This document shows, piece after piece, positions 1 to 9,435 of a stretch of 64,000 nt of DNA. The first letter of the stretch is position 1. The number at the start of each line of letters is the position of its first letter. The translations under genes were made by a program, and so were the position numbers. The DNA is taken from the NCBI GenBank assembly GCA_031553035.1, contig JAVBLY010000008.1, forward strand, positions 134,858-198,857. Direction: 5' to 3'. Under the pieces are notes generated by a model. The model had not been told where the DNA came from. It saw only the letters and a list, made by a program, of their open reading frames with translations, and searched no databases. This DNA comes from Anaerovoracaceae bacterium (GTDB lineage: Bacteria > Bacillota > Clostridia > Peptostreptococcales > Anaerovoracaceae).

Positions 1-529
1 ATTTTTCAGAGACCAACCTGACGATAACTGAGCCAAGGGACCAGCAGATCACAGCACCGAAGCTTATCAATGCGCCCCATACCGAGCCAATATCATCGAT
101 TTGACCTATTATGATGACTGTTCCGAGAAGTGCGACCGCAACAGAAAAAGCTTGCTTCCTTGTGACTTTTTCCTTGAGTATGATGAGCGCCAGCACAATT
201 ATTATTACCGGATTTATTGAATTTATTAGTGATGCAAGTGATGCATCGCAGTAGTCTGTACCCAAAAGCTGTAAGCCGATACCAAGAAAATATCCAAAAA
301 ATCCTACACAGAAAACGTATTTGAAATCACTTTTTCTGATCGACAGTCCCTTGATTTTTCCGCCTTTAAAGAAATAATATATTGATAATGCCAAAAATCC
401 TATTAGGAACCTTATGAAGAGGAGGATAAATGGATGCATTGCGACAAACACGTATTTTGCAAATACGTACATACTTCCCCAGATCGCAGTCGTTAGAACC
501 AGATATATATAAGCCTTTGAATTTTTCAT
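1..529 (-). CDS. EamA/DMT-family membrane transporter (partial; 3' end runs off the window)
   Basis: Absent from the ORF track because it is open at the window edge. Reverse-strand ATG at 529-527 is preceded by AGGAG. The translation MKNSKAYIYLVLTTAIWGSMYVFAKYVFV... continues as consecutive hydrophobic helices typical of EamA repeats. Confidence 0.65.
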   Translation of the reverse strand, partial: MKNSKAYIYLVLTTAIWGSMYVFAKYVFVAMHPFILLFIRFLIGFLALSIYYFFKGGKIKGLSIRKSDFKYVFCVGFFGYFLGIGLQLLGTDYCDASLASLINSINPVIIIVLALIILKEKVTRKQAFSVAVALLGTVIIIGQIDDIGSVWGALISFGAVICWSLGSVIVRLVSEK

Positions 530-710
530 TTAAACTCCTGACAGCCCACTTAAGATATGTCTATAATATCTTATGTAAATGGTTTATAGTCAAGTAAAAA
601 GTAATTTAATTGTATTTCTCGCTATTAAGTGGTACAATATAGCAAATAAGAAAAGACGGGCATATAAAGTGCCGGGAAAAGGAGGGTTTGCCACGGATAA
701 TTTAACAGAA

Positions 711-1016
711 ATGCTGAAAGGCGTGCTGGAAGGATGTGTTCTCGAAATCATCAGCCGAGGGAGCACCTACGGCTATGAGATCACGCGGAAGCTCAATTCC
801 ATGGGTTTTACGGACGTTGTAGACGGAACTGTTTATACAATTCTCATAAGGCTGGAAAAAAATAAACTGGTTGACATCGAGAAGAAGTCTTCCGATAAGG
901 GACCGCCCCGAAAATTTTTTACATTAAACGATGCAGGCAAAGAAGAGCTGCGAACGTTTTGGGAAAAGTGGGAGTTTTTGTCGCTTAGGATCGATGAGTT
1001 AAAGGAGAATAAGTAA
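711..1016 (+). CDS. PadR-family transcriptional regulator
   Basis: LKGVLEGCVLEIISRGSTYGYEITRKL...VDGTVYTILIRLEKNKLV is the PadR winged-helix signature. ORF is open from 579, but the ATG at 711 gives the usual PadR N-terminus. Confidence 0.85.
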   Translation: MLKGVLEGCVLEIISRGSTYGYEITRKLNSMGFTDVVDGTVYTILIRLEKNKLVDIEKKSSDKGPPRKFFTLNDAGKEELRTFWEKWEFLSLRIDELKENK

Positions 1017-1373
1017 ATGAACTTTTGGGATAAAATCACCGGTAATGATATGAAAAAAGAACTTAAGACTTTCGATTCCCGTGCAGAAAAGTTGCCGCAG
1101 GATTATCAGAATGCCTGGGAAGAAATAAAAGTTTGCAGCTGGTCGTATTCGGATCTGACAGGACGGAATTTAATGCCCATATTAGGCGGCATGCTTGGCC
1201 TTCTTGAAGACGGATCAGCTGATGGACTTAGTATAAACGAAGTTTTGGGAGAGGATATCAAAGGATTTTGTGCTGCCGTTGCAGGTGAAGAAGGTGCAAA
1301 ATCCTATCGTGATAAGTGGCGGGTGCAGCTGAATAACAATGTTGCCCGAAAACTTGAGAGCCTGGATAAGTAA
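1017..1373 (+). CDS. DUF1048-like protein (PadR-operon partner)
   Basis: Starts one base after the PadR stop. Has the KLPQDYQNAWEEIK motif and the size typical of DUF1048 proteins, which follow PadR genes in Firmicutes. Confidence 0.65.
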   Translation: MNFWDKITGNDMKKELKTFDSRAEKLPQDYQNAWEEIKVCSWSYSDLTGRNLMPILGGMLGLLEDGSADGLSINEVLGEDIKGFCAAVAGEEGAKSYRDKWRVQLNNNVARKLESLDK

Positions 1374-1383
1374 GGGGGCAGTT

Positions 1384-1701
1384 ATGAATATTCAAGACGT
1401 AATAGAAGGAAAGAAAGCATGGCGTGCCCATAAGGCTCGTGTAAAGAAGCTGCCTGAAGACTATCAGATAGTATATAAAGAGATCCAAAACTACTTATAT
1501 AAAGTAGGACCGGTGGAGCTTAATGACGGATTTGATTTGTTTGTCGGTATCGTCGATCTGTTTGAAGAAGGGGCTTCACAGGGAAAGGGCGTTCTGGAAG
1601 TGACAGGAAAAGACGTTGCTGCGTTTTGCGATGAACTGATCAAGGATTCCAAGACTTATATGGACGTATATCAGGAAAAAGTAAATCAAAAACAAAAATA
1701 A
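1384..1701 (+). CDS. DUF1048-like protein, second paralog
   Basis: KKLPEDYQIVYKEIQNYL parallels the previous ORF. GGGGG-type RBS lies before the ATG at 1384. Confidence 0.65.
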   Translation: MNIQDVIEGKKAWRAHKARVKKLPEDYQIVYKEIQNYLYKVGPVELNDGFDLFVGIVDLFEEGASQGKGVLEVTGKDVAAFCDELIKDSKTYMDVYQEKVNQKQK

Positions 1702-1744
1702 TAATTCCTAAATTCAATTTAATACTTTTTAAAAGGAGGAAAAG

Positions 1745-3142
1745 ATGATTACTGATAAAAAAAGCCCTTACAGAATGGTAAATGATGAACAACTTTCAAA
1801 ACTCAGAGAAAGAGAAGACAAACTTTTTTACGAGCGGACTGCTGACAGCAAAAAAGCTTTTGATGAGGCACATAAGAATCTGCTAAACGGCGTCCCAATG
1901 CCATGGATGGGTGACTGGGGAACAGATCATCCGATCTTTCTTGATTATGCCGAAGGAAACCGTTGTTATGATATTGACGGAAACGAATATGTGGATTTTT
2001 GTCTGGGCGACACCGGTGCCATGTTTGGCCATTCTCCAAAAGCGACTGCAGATCTTGTGGCAAAAAATGTTTACAAGGGAATCACAACCATGATGCCGAC
2101 ATTAGATTCTCTCGAGATAGGTAAAGAACTGAGCAAACGTTTTGGGCTTCCATACTGGCAGGTTGCTATGACTGCAACCGAAGCCAACCGTTACGTTATC
2201 CGTAACTGCCGAACTCTTACGGGCAGGGGCAAGATTCTTTCCATGAACGAAAGCTATCACGGAAGCCTGGATGAAACACTTCCCCATATCGATGAAAGCG
2301 GTAAACTTCACTTGAGATCTGAATGGGATTCAAATCCCAACGTGCCGAAAGATCTTTTGAGCAGAATAGTGGAATTCAATGACATAGAGGCACTGGAAAG
2401 AGAACTGGCATATGAGGATTGCGCTGCAGTGCTTCTGGAACCGGTCATGACAAACTGCGGTATGGTTTTGCCTATGGAAGGTTATCATGAAAAGCTCAGA
2501 GAGCTTTGTACAAAATATGGTACATATCTCATTATAGATGAAACCCACACATTGTCCAACGGATATGGTGGATACACCAGAGCATACGGCCTTGAACCGG
2601 ACTTTGTAACTTTGGGGAAATCCATTGCCGGAGGTATTCCTGTTGCTGTATATGGATTCACAAAGGAAGTAGCCGACAAAATCAATAAAACCTTTGGCCA
2701 TGAAGGTGTTTCCGACCCAATGGGTATAGGCGGAACTTTGGCAGCAAACCAGTTTGCCATTGCTGCAATGAAAGAAACTTTGACAAAAGTAGCGACTGAA
2801 GAAGCTTTTGAAAAAATGTTCAGAGGTCAGGAACGATTGTCAGATGGGCTGGATGCAATTTTGAAAAAATATGAAGTTCCATGGAGCCTGACAAGAAGTG
2901 GAGCCAGATGTGAACTGCAGTTCATGCCAACACTTCCGAAGACCGGAACCGAAGCAAAAAATAATTTTGACTGGCAGCTGATGTATTACACGCATATATA
3001 CTTAAGTAACCGCGGCATTCTGATAACTCCATTTCATAACATGATGCTTATTTCACCGGTCACATCCGATGATGACATCGACAGACTAATTCAAGGCTGG
3101 GATGATTGTCTCAAAGAACTGGTCAGTGTAAGCACAAAATAA
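1745..3142 (+). CDS. class III (GSA-aminomutase-like) PLP-dependent aminotransferase
   Basis: 465 aa. Shows DFCLGDTGAMFGHSP, ATEANRYVIR, IIDETHT and LGKSIAGGIP (PLP lysine), which is the fold-type I class III pattern. AGGAGG RBS. Confidence 0.8.
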   Translation: MITDKKSPYRMVNDEQLSKLREREDKLFYERTADSKKAFDEAHKNLLNGVPMPWMGDWGTDHPIFLDYAEGNRCYDIDGNEYVDFCLGDTGAMFGHSPKATADLVAKNVYKGITTMMPTLDSLEIGKELSKRFGLPYWQVAMTATEANRYVIRNCRTLTGRGKILSMNESYHGSLDETLPHIDESGKLHLRSEWDSNPNVPKDLLSRIVEFNDIEALERELAYEDCAAVLLEPVMTNCGMVLPMEGYHEKLRELCTKYGTYLIIDETHTLSNGYGGYTRAYGLEPDFVTLGKSIAGGIPVAVYGFTKEVADKINKTFGHEGVSDPMGIGGTLAANQFAIAAMKETLTKVATEEAFEKMFRGQERLSDGLDAILKKYEVPWSLTRSGARCELQFMPTLPKTGTEAKNNFDWQLMYYTHIYLSNRGILITPFHNMMLISPVTSDDDIDRLIQGWDDCLKELVSVSTK

Positions 3143-3159
3143 AAATGGAGGATATGAAT

Positions 3160-3948
3160 ATGAAACATTTTTCCCTGGACAAAAAAATTGCCATCGTGAC
3201 AGGAGGCGGATCCGGATTGGGTCTGTCTACCGTGAAACGTTTTATGGAAGCAGGTGCTGTTGTAACAGTTGCTGACATTTCGAATACCGCGGGGGGAATC
3301 GCCGCCGACATCGGATGTGATTTTATAAAAACAGACGTGTCAGATGAATCAAGTGTGGAAAATCTTATGAAAAGCGTCAGTGAAAAATACGGGAAACTGG
3401 ATATTTTGGTGAACAATGCAGGCATAATTATGCCTGAACAGCTTCTTGAAGATGCTGTGCTTGAAGACTTTAAGAATTTGTTCGCAGTAAATGTATACGG
3501 TGTTGTAAATGGGCTGAAATACGGAGCCAAATATGTAAGTGACGGCGGGGTCATTTTAAATACTGCGTCTAATTCAGCAAATGGAGATTATGCCGGTTAT
3601 GGTGCGTATATAGCATCAAAAAGCGCAGTAGTCGGTCTTACAAAGGCGGCAGCAGTAGAACTTGCTCACAGAAATATACGTGTAAACTGTATATGTCCGA
3701 ATACCATAGATACGCCAATGGCATATGCTGAAGGATGCGAGACTGAGTTGGCGGTTATGAAGGTGACTGCCCCTTTAGGTAGAATGTGTAAGCCGGAAGA
3801 AGGGGCCGCACTATATCACTTTCTTGCGTCGGATGATTGCCGGTATATTACCGGTGAGGATATATATATAGATGGCGGATTAAAGGCCGGCCCAAGTACC
3901 CAGCTGATAGACTGCATATTGAAAGGTCTGGGTGATGACGTTGAATAA
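3160..3948 (+). CDS. SDR-family oxidoreductase
   Basis: Cofactor loop TGGGSGLG, NNAG, and catalytic YxxxK (YIASKSA). GGAGGA lies before the ATG at 3160. Confidence 0.85.
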   Translation: MKHFSLDKKIAIVTGGGSGLGLSTVKRFMEAGAVVTVADISNTAGGIAADIGCDFIKTDVSDESSVENLMKSVSEKYGKLDILVNNAGIIMPEQLLEDAVLEDFKNLFAVNVYGVVNGLKYGAKYVSDGGVILNTASNSANGDYAGYGAYIASKSAVVGLTKAAAVELAHRNIRVNCICPNTIDTPMAYAEGCETELAVMKVTAPLGRMCKPEEGAALYHFLASDDCRYITGEDIYIDGGLKAGPSTQLIDCILKGLGDDVE

Positions 3949-4741
3949 ACAGTTTATAGACTTTTCAGATCAGATCTGTCTGGTGACCGGCGCCGGAAGC
4001 GAAAGCGGAATAGGGTTTGCTGTAGCAAAGATCCTGGGTGAACTTGGTGCCTGCGTTGCATTAGTGTCCACAACAGATCGTATTTTCAAAAGAGTAGAGA
4101 GGCTGGAATCCGAAGGCATCAGAGCAAAAGGTTATATAGCAAATTTGATGGATCGGGAGGAGACCAAAAAAACGATAGCACAAATAATCACTGATTTTGG
4201 CGGGTTGCATGTACTGATCAACAATGCGGGGATGACCCAGGTCGGAGAGGAAGAAGATTTTACAGATTTTATGAATGTGACTTATGAAAGCTGGGATTCA
4301 TCCATTGACCGAAATCTTAATTTGACCTTCAATGTGACAAAGGAGGCTTTGCCATTTATGGTTGATGGTAATTACGGAAGGATCGTTAATGTTTCTTCGG
4401 TGACAGGTCCTGTCGTAAGCAATCCCGGGGAAGCTGCATACAGTGCGGCAAAGGCCGCGGTAATCGGTATGGGCCGCTCTCTTGCAATCGAAGTCGGTGG
4501 TAAGAATATAACGGTAAACAATGTTCTGCCCGGCTGGATAGGAACCGCATCTCAGACAGAGAGTGAAGCCGCCGGAGGAGAAAACACGCCTATGGGGCGA
4601 AGCGCCGACGCTGCTGAGGTGGCAAACGCAATCGTTTTTCTCGCATCTGAAAAGGCTTCATATATAACCGGAGAATCACTGGTCGTGGATGGAGGTAATA
4701 CCATCCAGGAATACAAAGGTCCTAAAGAACTTTACTATTGA
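3935..4741 (+). CDS. SDR-family oxidoreductase (second)
   Basis: TGAGSESGIG, NNAG and YSAAKAA motifs. Overlaps the previous SDR stop, which suggests translational coupling. Confidence 0.85.
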   Translation: MTLNKQFIDFSDQICLVTGAGSESGIGFAVAKILGELGACVALVSTTDRIFKRVERLESEGIRAKGYIANLMDREETKKTIAQIITDFGGLHVLINNAGMTQVGEEEDFTDFMNVTYESWDSSIDRNLNLTFNVTKEALPFMVDGNYGRIVNVSSVTGPVVSNPGEAAYSAAKAAVIGMGRSLAIEVGGKNITVNNVLPGWIGTASQTESEAAGGENTPMGRSADAAEVANAIVFLASEKASYITGESLVVDGGNTIQEYKGPKELYY

Positions 4742-4821
4742 TCAAATAACAAAAAATACTTTTTTTACTTTTTGCAGTTTCTCAATGCTATACTACTTGA
4801 AAACTTTGATTGGAGGAATTT

Positions 4822-5493
4822 ATGAAAAAAAGTAATAATAAGTATTTTTTTATTGCAGGGGGGTTACTTTTAACGTTCATATTGTTTACGGTGGCTTTGA
4901 TGGCTATGGATGTCCGCTCAATCGGCCCGGATCAAAGCAGTGTAGGCCTTGGGGCATTGAATGGATTTGTGCTTAGTGAGCTTGGCGCAAACATGGTTTG
5001 GTATCGTATTACCGCCGTGATTGGGGTTCTGTCAATTATCATTGCACTAGGTTTTGCCATAGCCGGTGTAATACAATTAATAAAAAGAAAAAGCTTTAGG
5101 TATGTGGATAAAAGTATTATTGCGCTTGGTGTTTTTTATGTTATTTTGGTAGATATATATATTTTTTTCGAATTATTTGTTGTAAATTACAGACCTATTA
5201 TCATGGATGGTATATTTGAGGCATCCTATCCATCTTCTCACACAATGATTGTGCTGTTCATAATGGGAACTGCAATGATCCAGTTTCATTTTAAAATAAA
5301 AAAGGACAACCTTAGGGTTGCAGTAAATACTTGTTTGGCCGTACTTATTGTAATAATGATAGTCGGGAGGCTCTTATCTGGAGTTCATTGGTTTACTGAC
5401 ATCATAGGGGGTATTCTTCTGGGAGCAGCCCTTATCATGTTTTATTTTATTACTGCCCAAAAGGTGACAAATGAAAAAATATATTTGTCATAA
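4822..5493 (+). CDS. PAP2-family membrane phosphatase
   Basis: Multi-TM protein with PSSH and SGVHWFTDIIGG (PAP2 C2/C3 motifs). GGAGGA RBS before the ATG at 4822. Confidence 0.75.
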   Translation: MKKSNNKYFFIAGGLLLTFILFTVALMAMDVRSIGPDQSSVGLGALNGFVLSELGANMVWYRITAVIGVLSIIIALGFAIAGVIQLIKRKSFRYVDKSIIALGVFYVILVDIYIFFELFVVNYRPIIMDGIFEASYPSSHTMIVLFIMGTAMIQFHFKIKKDNLRVAVNTCLAVLIVIMIVGRLLSGVHWFTDIIGGILLGAALIMFYFITAQKVTNEKIYLS

Positions 5494-5512
5494 GTTAGCA
5501 TAAATTCGTAAT

Positions 5513-6790
5513 TTACATCTTATTAAGCTTTTTGATCAGAATGAATGCGGTCAGGATGCTGATTGCTGACATGATGGCGCATGTGGTCCAGCCTATGCTC
5601 CACATCCCCCGAATTCCAAAAGCTACGCCTACCATCAAAGGCGCAATGGGCATTCCTATGTCCCCGATCCCTCCCGTTATACCGGTGACGATGGGGACTT
5701 CTCTTTCGTGATAGACTTCCGGGAGTATTGAATAAAATGCTCCAAGACCCCATGATCCGCCGAAAGTTATGAGCAGAGCTGATATATAGAGCATTGTAAA
5801 GCTTCCCGAACTTGCGAATACCAGAAAAATTACAGAGATAATGACCAGGATATATCCGAACATGAGAACCAGAATCCTTGCTCTGTCCTTGTTTGCTGAA
5901 CGTGCGGTGAAGAAGTCGGATGTCTTTCCCGATATAAGGCAGGATGCCAGCATTCCGATGGTGACAGCCGTCAGAAGCTTCCCTGTTTCCAGTTCTGTAA
6001 ATCCAAGGGAGCCTGAAAATAGAGGCATATCAACCGTGACAGCCTGTACGGTCCATGTAGTCGCAAAGAAACTTATAGCCAGAAGCCAGAGCTTACTTGT
6101 TGCAAGAAGGTTCTTCTTTGGTTCATCAGGTTTGCCGATATCATCGGCACTGACAGTTTCCATTTCATTTTCAGTTACTTTCTTACGGTTTTGATGCCCG
6201 TCAGGTGATTCTCTGACGGTGATCAGCCATATAACAGCCAGCAGTATCTGTAGAACAGCAAGAGCGTAGTAGGACATTTCCCATGAACTCTTAGATATGA
6301 CGAATCCTGCAAAAGTACCGCCCAGACCGCCTCCGCAGTAAAAAATGCCGTTGAATACAGCTGTCGACAAACCTATATTTTTCTCTTCGATCCAGTTCAT
6401 TATTATAACGAGAAAAACGGGGAATACTATAGATGCAGATCCCTGGATGAATTTCAATATCATAAGAAGCCAGATCTGATCAAGATGGGGGAAGACAAGC
6501 TGTGGAACGACGGCAGCTAATGTTGCGTATATCAGGATAACCCGGCTGCCGAATCTGTTATACATGAATCCTGCAATGATCATTGCGGCTACAATGCCGC
6601 AGGATTTGATGGTATCGCTGGTGAGAAGGATGCTTTGAGATATTCCTGAAACTGCCGAGAGTTCACCGACAGTCATAGAAAACTGGGGGAACTGGGATGC
6701 TATCGAGCACCCTACAAACGCATTGATAAAGACGATGTACCAGGCTTTGATTTTAGACGGTTGATTTTTTATTCGGACTGTATTTAGCAA
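5513..6790 (-). CDS. MFS transporter
   Basis: 425 aa, about 12 predicted hydrophobic helices split by a charged central loop (PDGHQNRKKVTENEME...). Apparent TTG start. Confidence 0.75.
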   Translation of the reverse strand: MLNTVRIKNQPSKIKAWYIVFINAFVGCSIASQFPQFSMTVGELSAVSGISQSILLTSDTIKSCGIVAAMIIAGFMYNRFGSRVILIYATLAAVVPQLVFPHLDQIWLLMILKFIQGSASIVFPVFLVIIMNWIEEKNIGLSTAVFNGIFYCGGGLGGTFAGFVISKSSWEMSYYALAVLQILLAVIWLITVRESPDGHQNRKKVTENEMETVSADDIGKPDEPKKNLLATSKLWLLAISFFATTWTVQAVTVDMPLFSGSLGFTELETGKLLTAVTIGMLASCLISGKTSDFFTARSANKDRARILVLMFGYILVIISVIFLVFASSGSFTMLYISALLITFGGSWGLGAFYSILPEVYHEREVPIVTGITGGIGDIGMPIAPLMVGVAFGIRGMWSIGWTTCAIMSAISILTAFILIKKLNKM

Positions 6791-6876
6791 TTGAATAGCA
6801 CCTCATTATGATATATGATATCATATGATGATTTATTATATGAGATAATTATTTTTCATAAAATAGGAGGTATAAA

Positions 6877-7863
6877 ATGGCAGTAAATTTAAAGGGAAGA
6901 AGTTTTTTGACACTGATGGATTTCACCCCGCAGGAGATCAGGTACATGCTTGATCTTGCTAAAGATCTTAAGGCAAAGAAAAGAATGGGGCTTACCGGAG
7001 ATCTTTTTAAGGGTAAAAACGTATTGTTACTGTTTGAAAAGAGTTCAACGAGAACCAGATGTGCGTTTGAAACAGGAGCTGCGGAAGAAGGAGCTCATGT
7101 TACATTTCTTGATAATAAAAGTTCACAGTTCGGCAAGAAGGAAAGTCTTGAAGACAGCGCAAAGGTATTTGGAAGATTTTTCGACGGCATAGAATACAGA
7201 GGCTATGAACAAAAGGTAGTTGAAGATCTTGCAAAGTATTCAGGAGTTCCGGTTTGGAACGGCCTCACTGATGTGGATCATCCCACACAGATCCTGGCGG
7301 ACATCATGACTATAGAAGAGCATATCAAAAAGCCTCTTCACAAGGTCAAAGTGGTTTTCTGCGGTGACACCAGAAACAACATGTCATACGCATGGATGTA
7401 TGGATGTGCAAAGATGGGAATGAGTTTTGTTGCTTACGGTCCTCAGGAACTGGCACCTGACCAGGCAATTATGGACAAGGTTCTTAAAGTAGCTGAAATA
7501 ACCGGTGCAAACATCGAATTCTCAAGCGATGCAGCAAGCCTTGACGGAGCAGACGTGATATACACCGATGTTTGGGCATCCATGGGTGAAGAAGATCAGA
7601 TCCCGGCTCGCGTAAAGCAGCTTTCACCGTACAAGGTAACAGTGGATCTCATGAAAATGACAAATAATCCTGATACTATTTTTATGCACTGCCTGCCTGC
7701 GTTCCACGATTTTGAAACGGACATGGCTAAAGATCAGAAGGCGCTTGGGCACGATATCAGAGAAGTAGATGACGAGGTATTCAGAAGTCCTAAATCAGTT
7801 GTATTCGACGAAGCGGAGAACAGGATGCACACCATAAAAGCGGTTATGGTAGCAACCATGTAA
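6877..7863 (+). CDS. argF: ornithine carbamoyltransferase (context suggests catabolic arcB-type)
   Basis: Shows STRTRCAFE (carbamoyl-phosphate site), HPTQ, and HCLPAFH (ornithine site). 328 aa, AGGAGG RBS. Confidence 0.9.
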   Translation: MAVNLKGRSFLTLMDFTPQEIRYMLDLAKDLKAKKRMGLTGDLFKGKNVLLLFEKSSTRTRCAFETGAAEEGAHVTFLDNKSSQFGKKESLEDSAKVFGRFFDGIEYRGYEQKVVEDLAKYSGVPVWNGLTDVDHPTQILADIMTIEEHIKKPLHKVKVVFCGDTRNNMSYAWMYGCAKMGMSFVAYGPQELAPDQAIMDKVLKVAEITGANIEFSSDAASLDGADVIYTDVWASMGEEDQIPARVKQLSPYKVTVDLMKMTNNPDTIFMHCLPAFHDFETDMAKDQKALGHDIREVDDEVFRSPKSVVFDEAENRMHTIKAVMVATM

Positions 7864-7881
7864 ATATAAGGGAGGTTCAGT

Positions 7882-8817
7882 ATGGCAGAAAAAATCGTAA
7901 TTGCCCTGGGGGGAAATGCACTGCAGGAAAGCGGAAAGCCTGCAACGGCGGAAGCACAACTGGAGGTAGTTAAACAGACGGTGGAGTACATCGTTGACAT
8001 TTATGAAAGAGGATATGAGATCGTCATAGTCCACGGAAACGGCCCTCAGGTTGGAAGAATCGTTCTTGCATCAGAGACTGCAGCAGATGTGACACCGCCC
8101 ATGCCCTTTGACGTATGCGGCGCAATGAGTCAGGGATATATCGGCTATCATATCCAGCAAAGCCTTAAACATGCTTTTAAGAATAGAGGCAAGGACATTC
8201 CCGTTGTGACTTTGGTGACTCAGGTCAAAGTAAATGAGAATGATCCGGCTTTCAAAACGCCGACAAAGCCTATCGGGCCTTTTTATACAAAGGAAGAAGC
8301 CGATGCCATCGTTAAGGAAAAAGGCTATGACATGAAAGAAGATGCAGGCAGGGGATTCAGAAGAGTCGTTGCCTCGCCTATACCGGAAGAGATCGTCGAA
8401 CTTGATTCACTTCTCAGGCTGTTCGACAGCACTGTCGTTATTACGGCCGGCGGCGGCGGGATCCCTGTAATAGAAAAGAACGGAGAACTTGAAGGTATCG
8501 CGGCGGTCATCGACAAAGACTATGCGGCGGAGAAGGTTGCGGAAGATATCGATGCAGATGTTCTCATGATACTTACCGAAGTAGAATGTGCTTGCACAGA
8601 CTTTGGGACTCCAAATCAATGCGACATTAAAGGCATTGAAGTGGACGAAGCAGAAAAGCATATCAATGAAGGACAGTTTGCCGCAGGAAGCATGCTCCCA
8701 AAAGTGAATGCAGCAGTCAAGTTTGCCAAGTCCAAGAAGGGCAGGAAGGCAATAATAACTTCGCTCTATAAGGCAACCGAAGCTCTTGATGGAAAAACCG
8801 GTACTATAATCGGCTAA
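7882..8817 (+). CDS. arcC: carbamate kinase
   Basis: Shows IVIALGGNAL, VHGNGPQVG, and GGGGIPV. 311 aa, directly downstream of the OTCase. Confidence 0.9.
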   Translation: MAEKIVIALGGNALQESGKPATAEAQLEVVKQTVEYIVDIYERGYEIVIVHGNGPQVGRIVLASETAADVTPPMPFDVCGAMSQGYIGYHIQQSLKHAFKNRGKDIPVVTLVTQVKVNENDPAFKTPTKPIGPFYTKEEADAIVKEKGYDMKEDAGRGFRRVVASPIPEEIVELDSLLRLFDSTVVITAGGGGIPVIEKNGELEGIAAVIDKDYAAEKVAEDIDADVLMILTEVECACTDFGTPNQCDIKGIEVDEAEKHINEGQFAAGSMLPKVNAAVKFAKSKKGRKAIITSLYKATEALDGKTGTIIG

Positions 8818-8843
8818 CTACAAAGCTGAATAAACGTTGAAAA

Positions 8844-8876
8844 ATACCCCTTTCACGACTATCGTGGAAGGGGTAT
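8844..8876 (+). terminator. hairpin after arcC (weak U-tract)
   Basis: ATACCCCTT...AAGGGGTAT outer stem with an inner CACGA/TCGTG stem. The downstream T-run is poor. Confidence 0.45.
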
Positions 8877-9018
8877 TCGTACGTAATATAAACGTAACAA
8901 GATAAATAGTTAAAATAATAACAAAAGTGTTTTAAAATTAACAAAATGTGGTATAATGCATATAGATGAACAAAAAGGTTCAGACTCAATATCAAAAAGT
9001 ATCCAGGGAAGGGGTGCC

Positions 9019-9174
9019 ATGATGAATAAATTAGCAAAGAGATTACTACGCGGAAGCGATGAAATGGTAGAAAAAAAGTCAGCTTACTTCGCAAAGACAA
9101 TGAAAAAACACTACGAAGATATGAGAGAAGCTAATATTGGATTCTACGACATGCCGTATCAAATAACTAAGTAA
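9019..9174 (+). CDS. small basic hypothetical protein (51 aa)
   Basis: MMNKLAKRLLRGSDEMVEKKSAYFAKTMKKHYEDMREANIGFYDMPYQITK. Has an upstream TGgTATAAT extended -10 (about 8948-8956) and a downstream hairpin. I recognise no homology. Confidence 0.35.
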   Translation: MMNKLAKRLLRGSDEMVEKKSAYFAKTMKKHYEDMREANIGFYDMPYQITK

Positions 9175-9192
9175 ACGTCAATCTTCTGAATA

Positions 9193-9435
9193 TCATGATA
9201 AGAACTGCCTCTTTGGGGCAGTTCTTATTTGTGTAACTTTGAGTGGGTCGTTAGTCTTTCCCTTCATATATGATCTCAGGTCCTCAGCAGACATTACAGG
9301 ATCAAATTTATCCTTACAAAGATCAATGACAGTATGTTTCTCGCCATGGCTGTCTATTGATTGTATTACAGCATCTAAAATAGCATAATTGAAACTTCTA
9401 TCATATGGATGTGCATAAATCACAGTATTATTCAT
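9193..9435 (-). pseudogene. truncated flavodoxin-like-fold NAD(P)H oxidoreductase remnant
   Basis: MNNTVIYAHPYDRSFNYAILDAV...DKFDPVMSAEDL matches only the N-terminal ~70 aa of ~180-aa flavodoxin-fold quinone reductases. The reading frame then runs into the terminator hairpin. Confidence 0.5.
9200..9232 (+). terminator. hairpin after the small ORF
   Basis: AAGAACTGCC / GGCAGTTCTT 10-bp stem followed by ATTTGTG. Confidence 0.5.
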
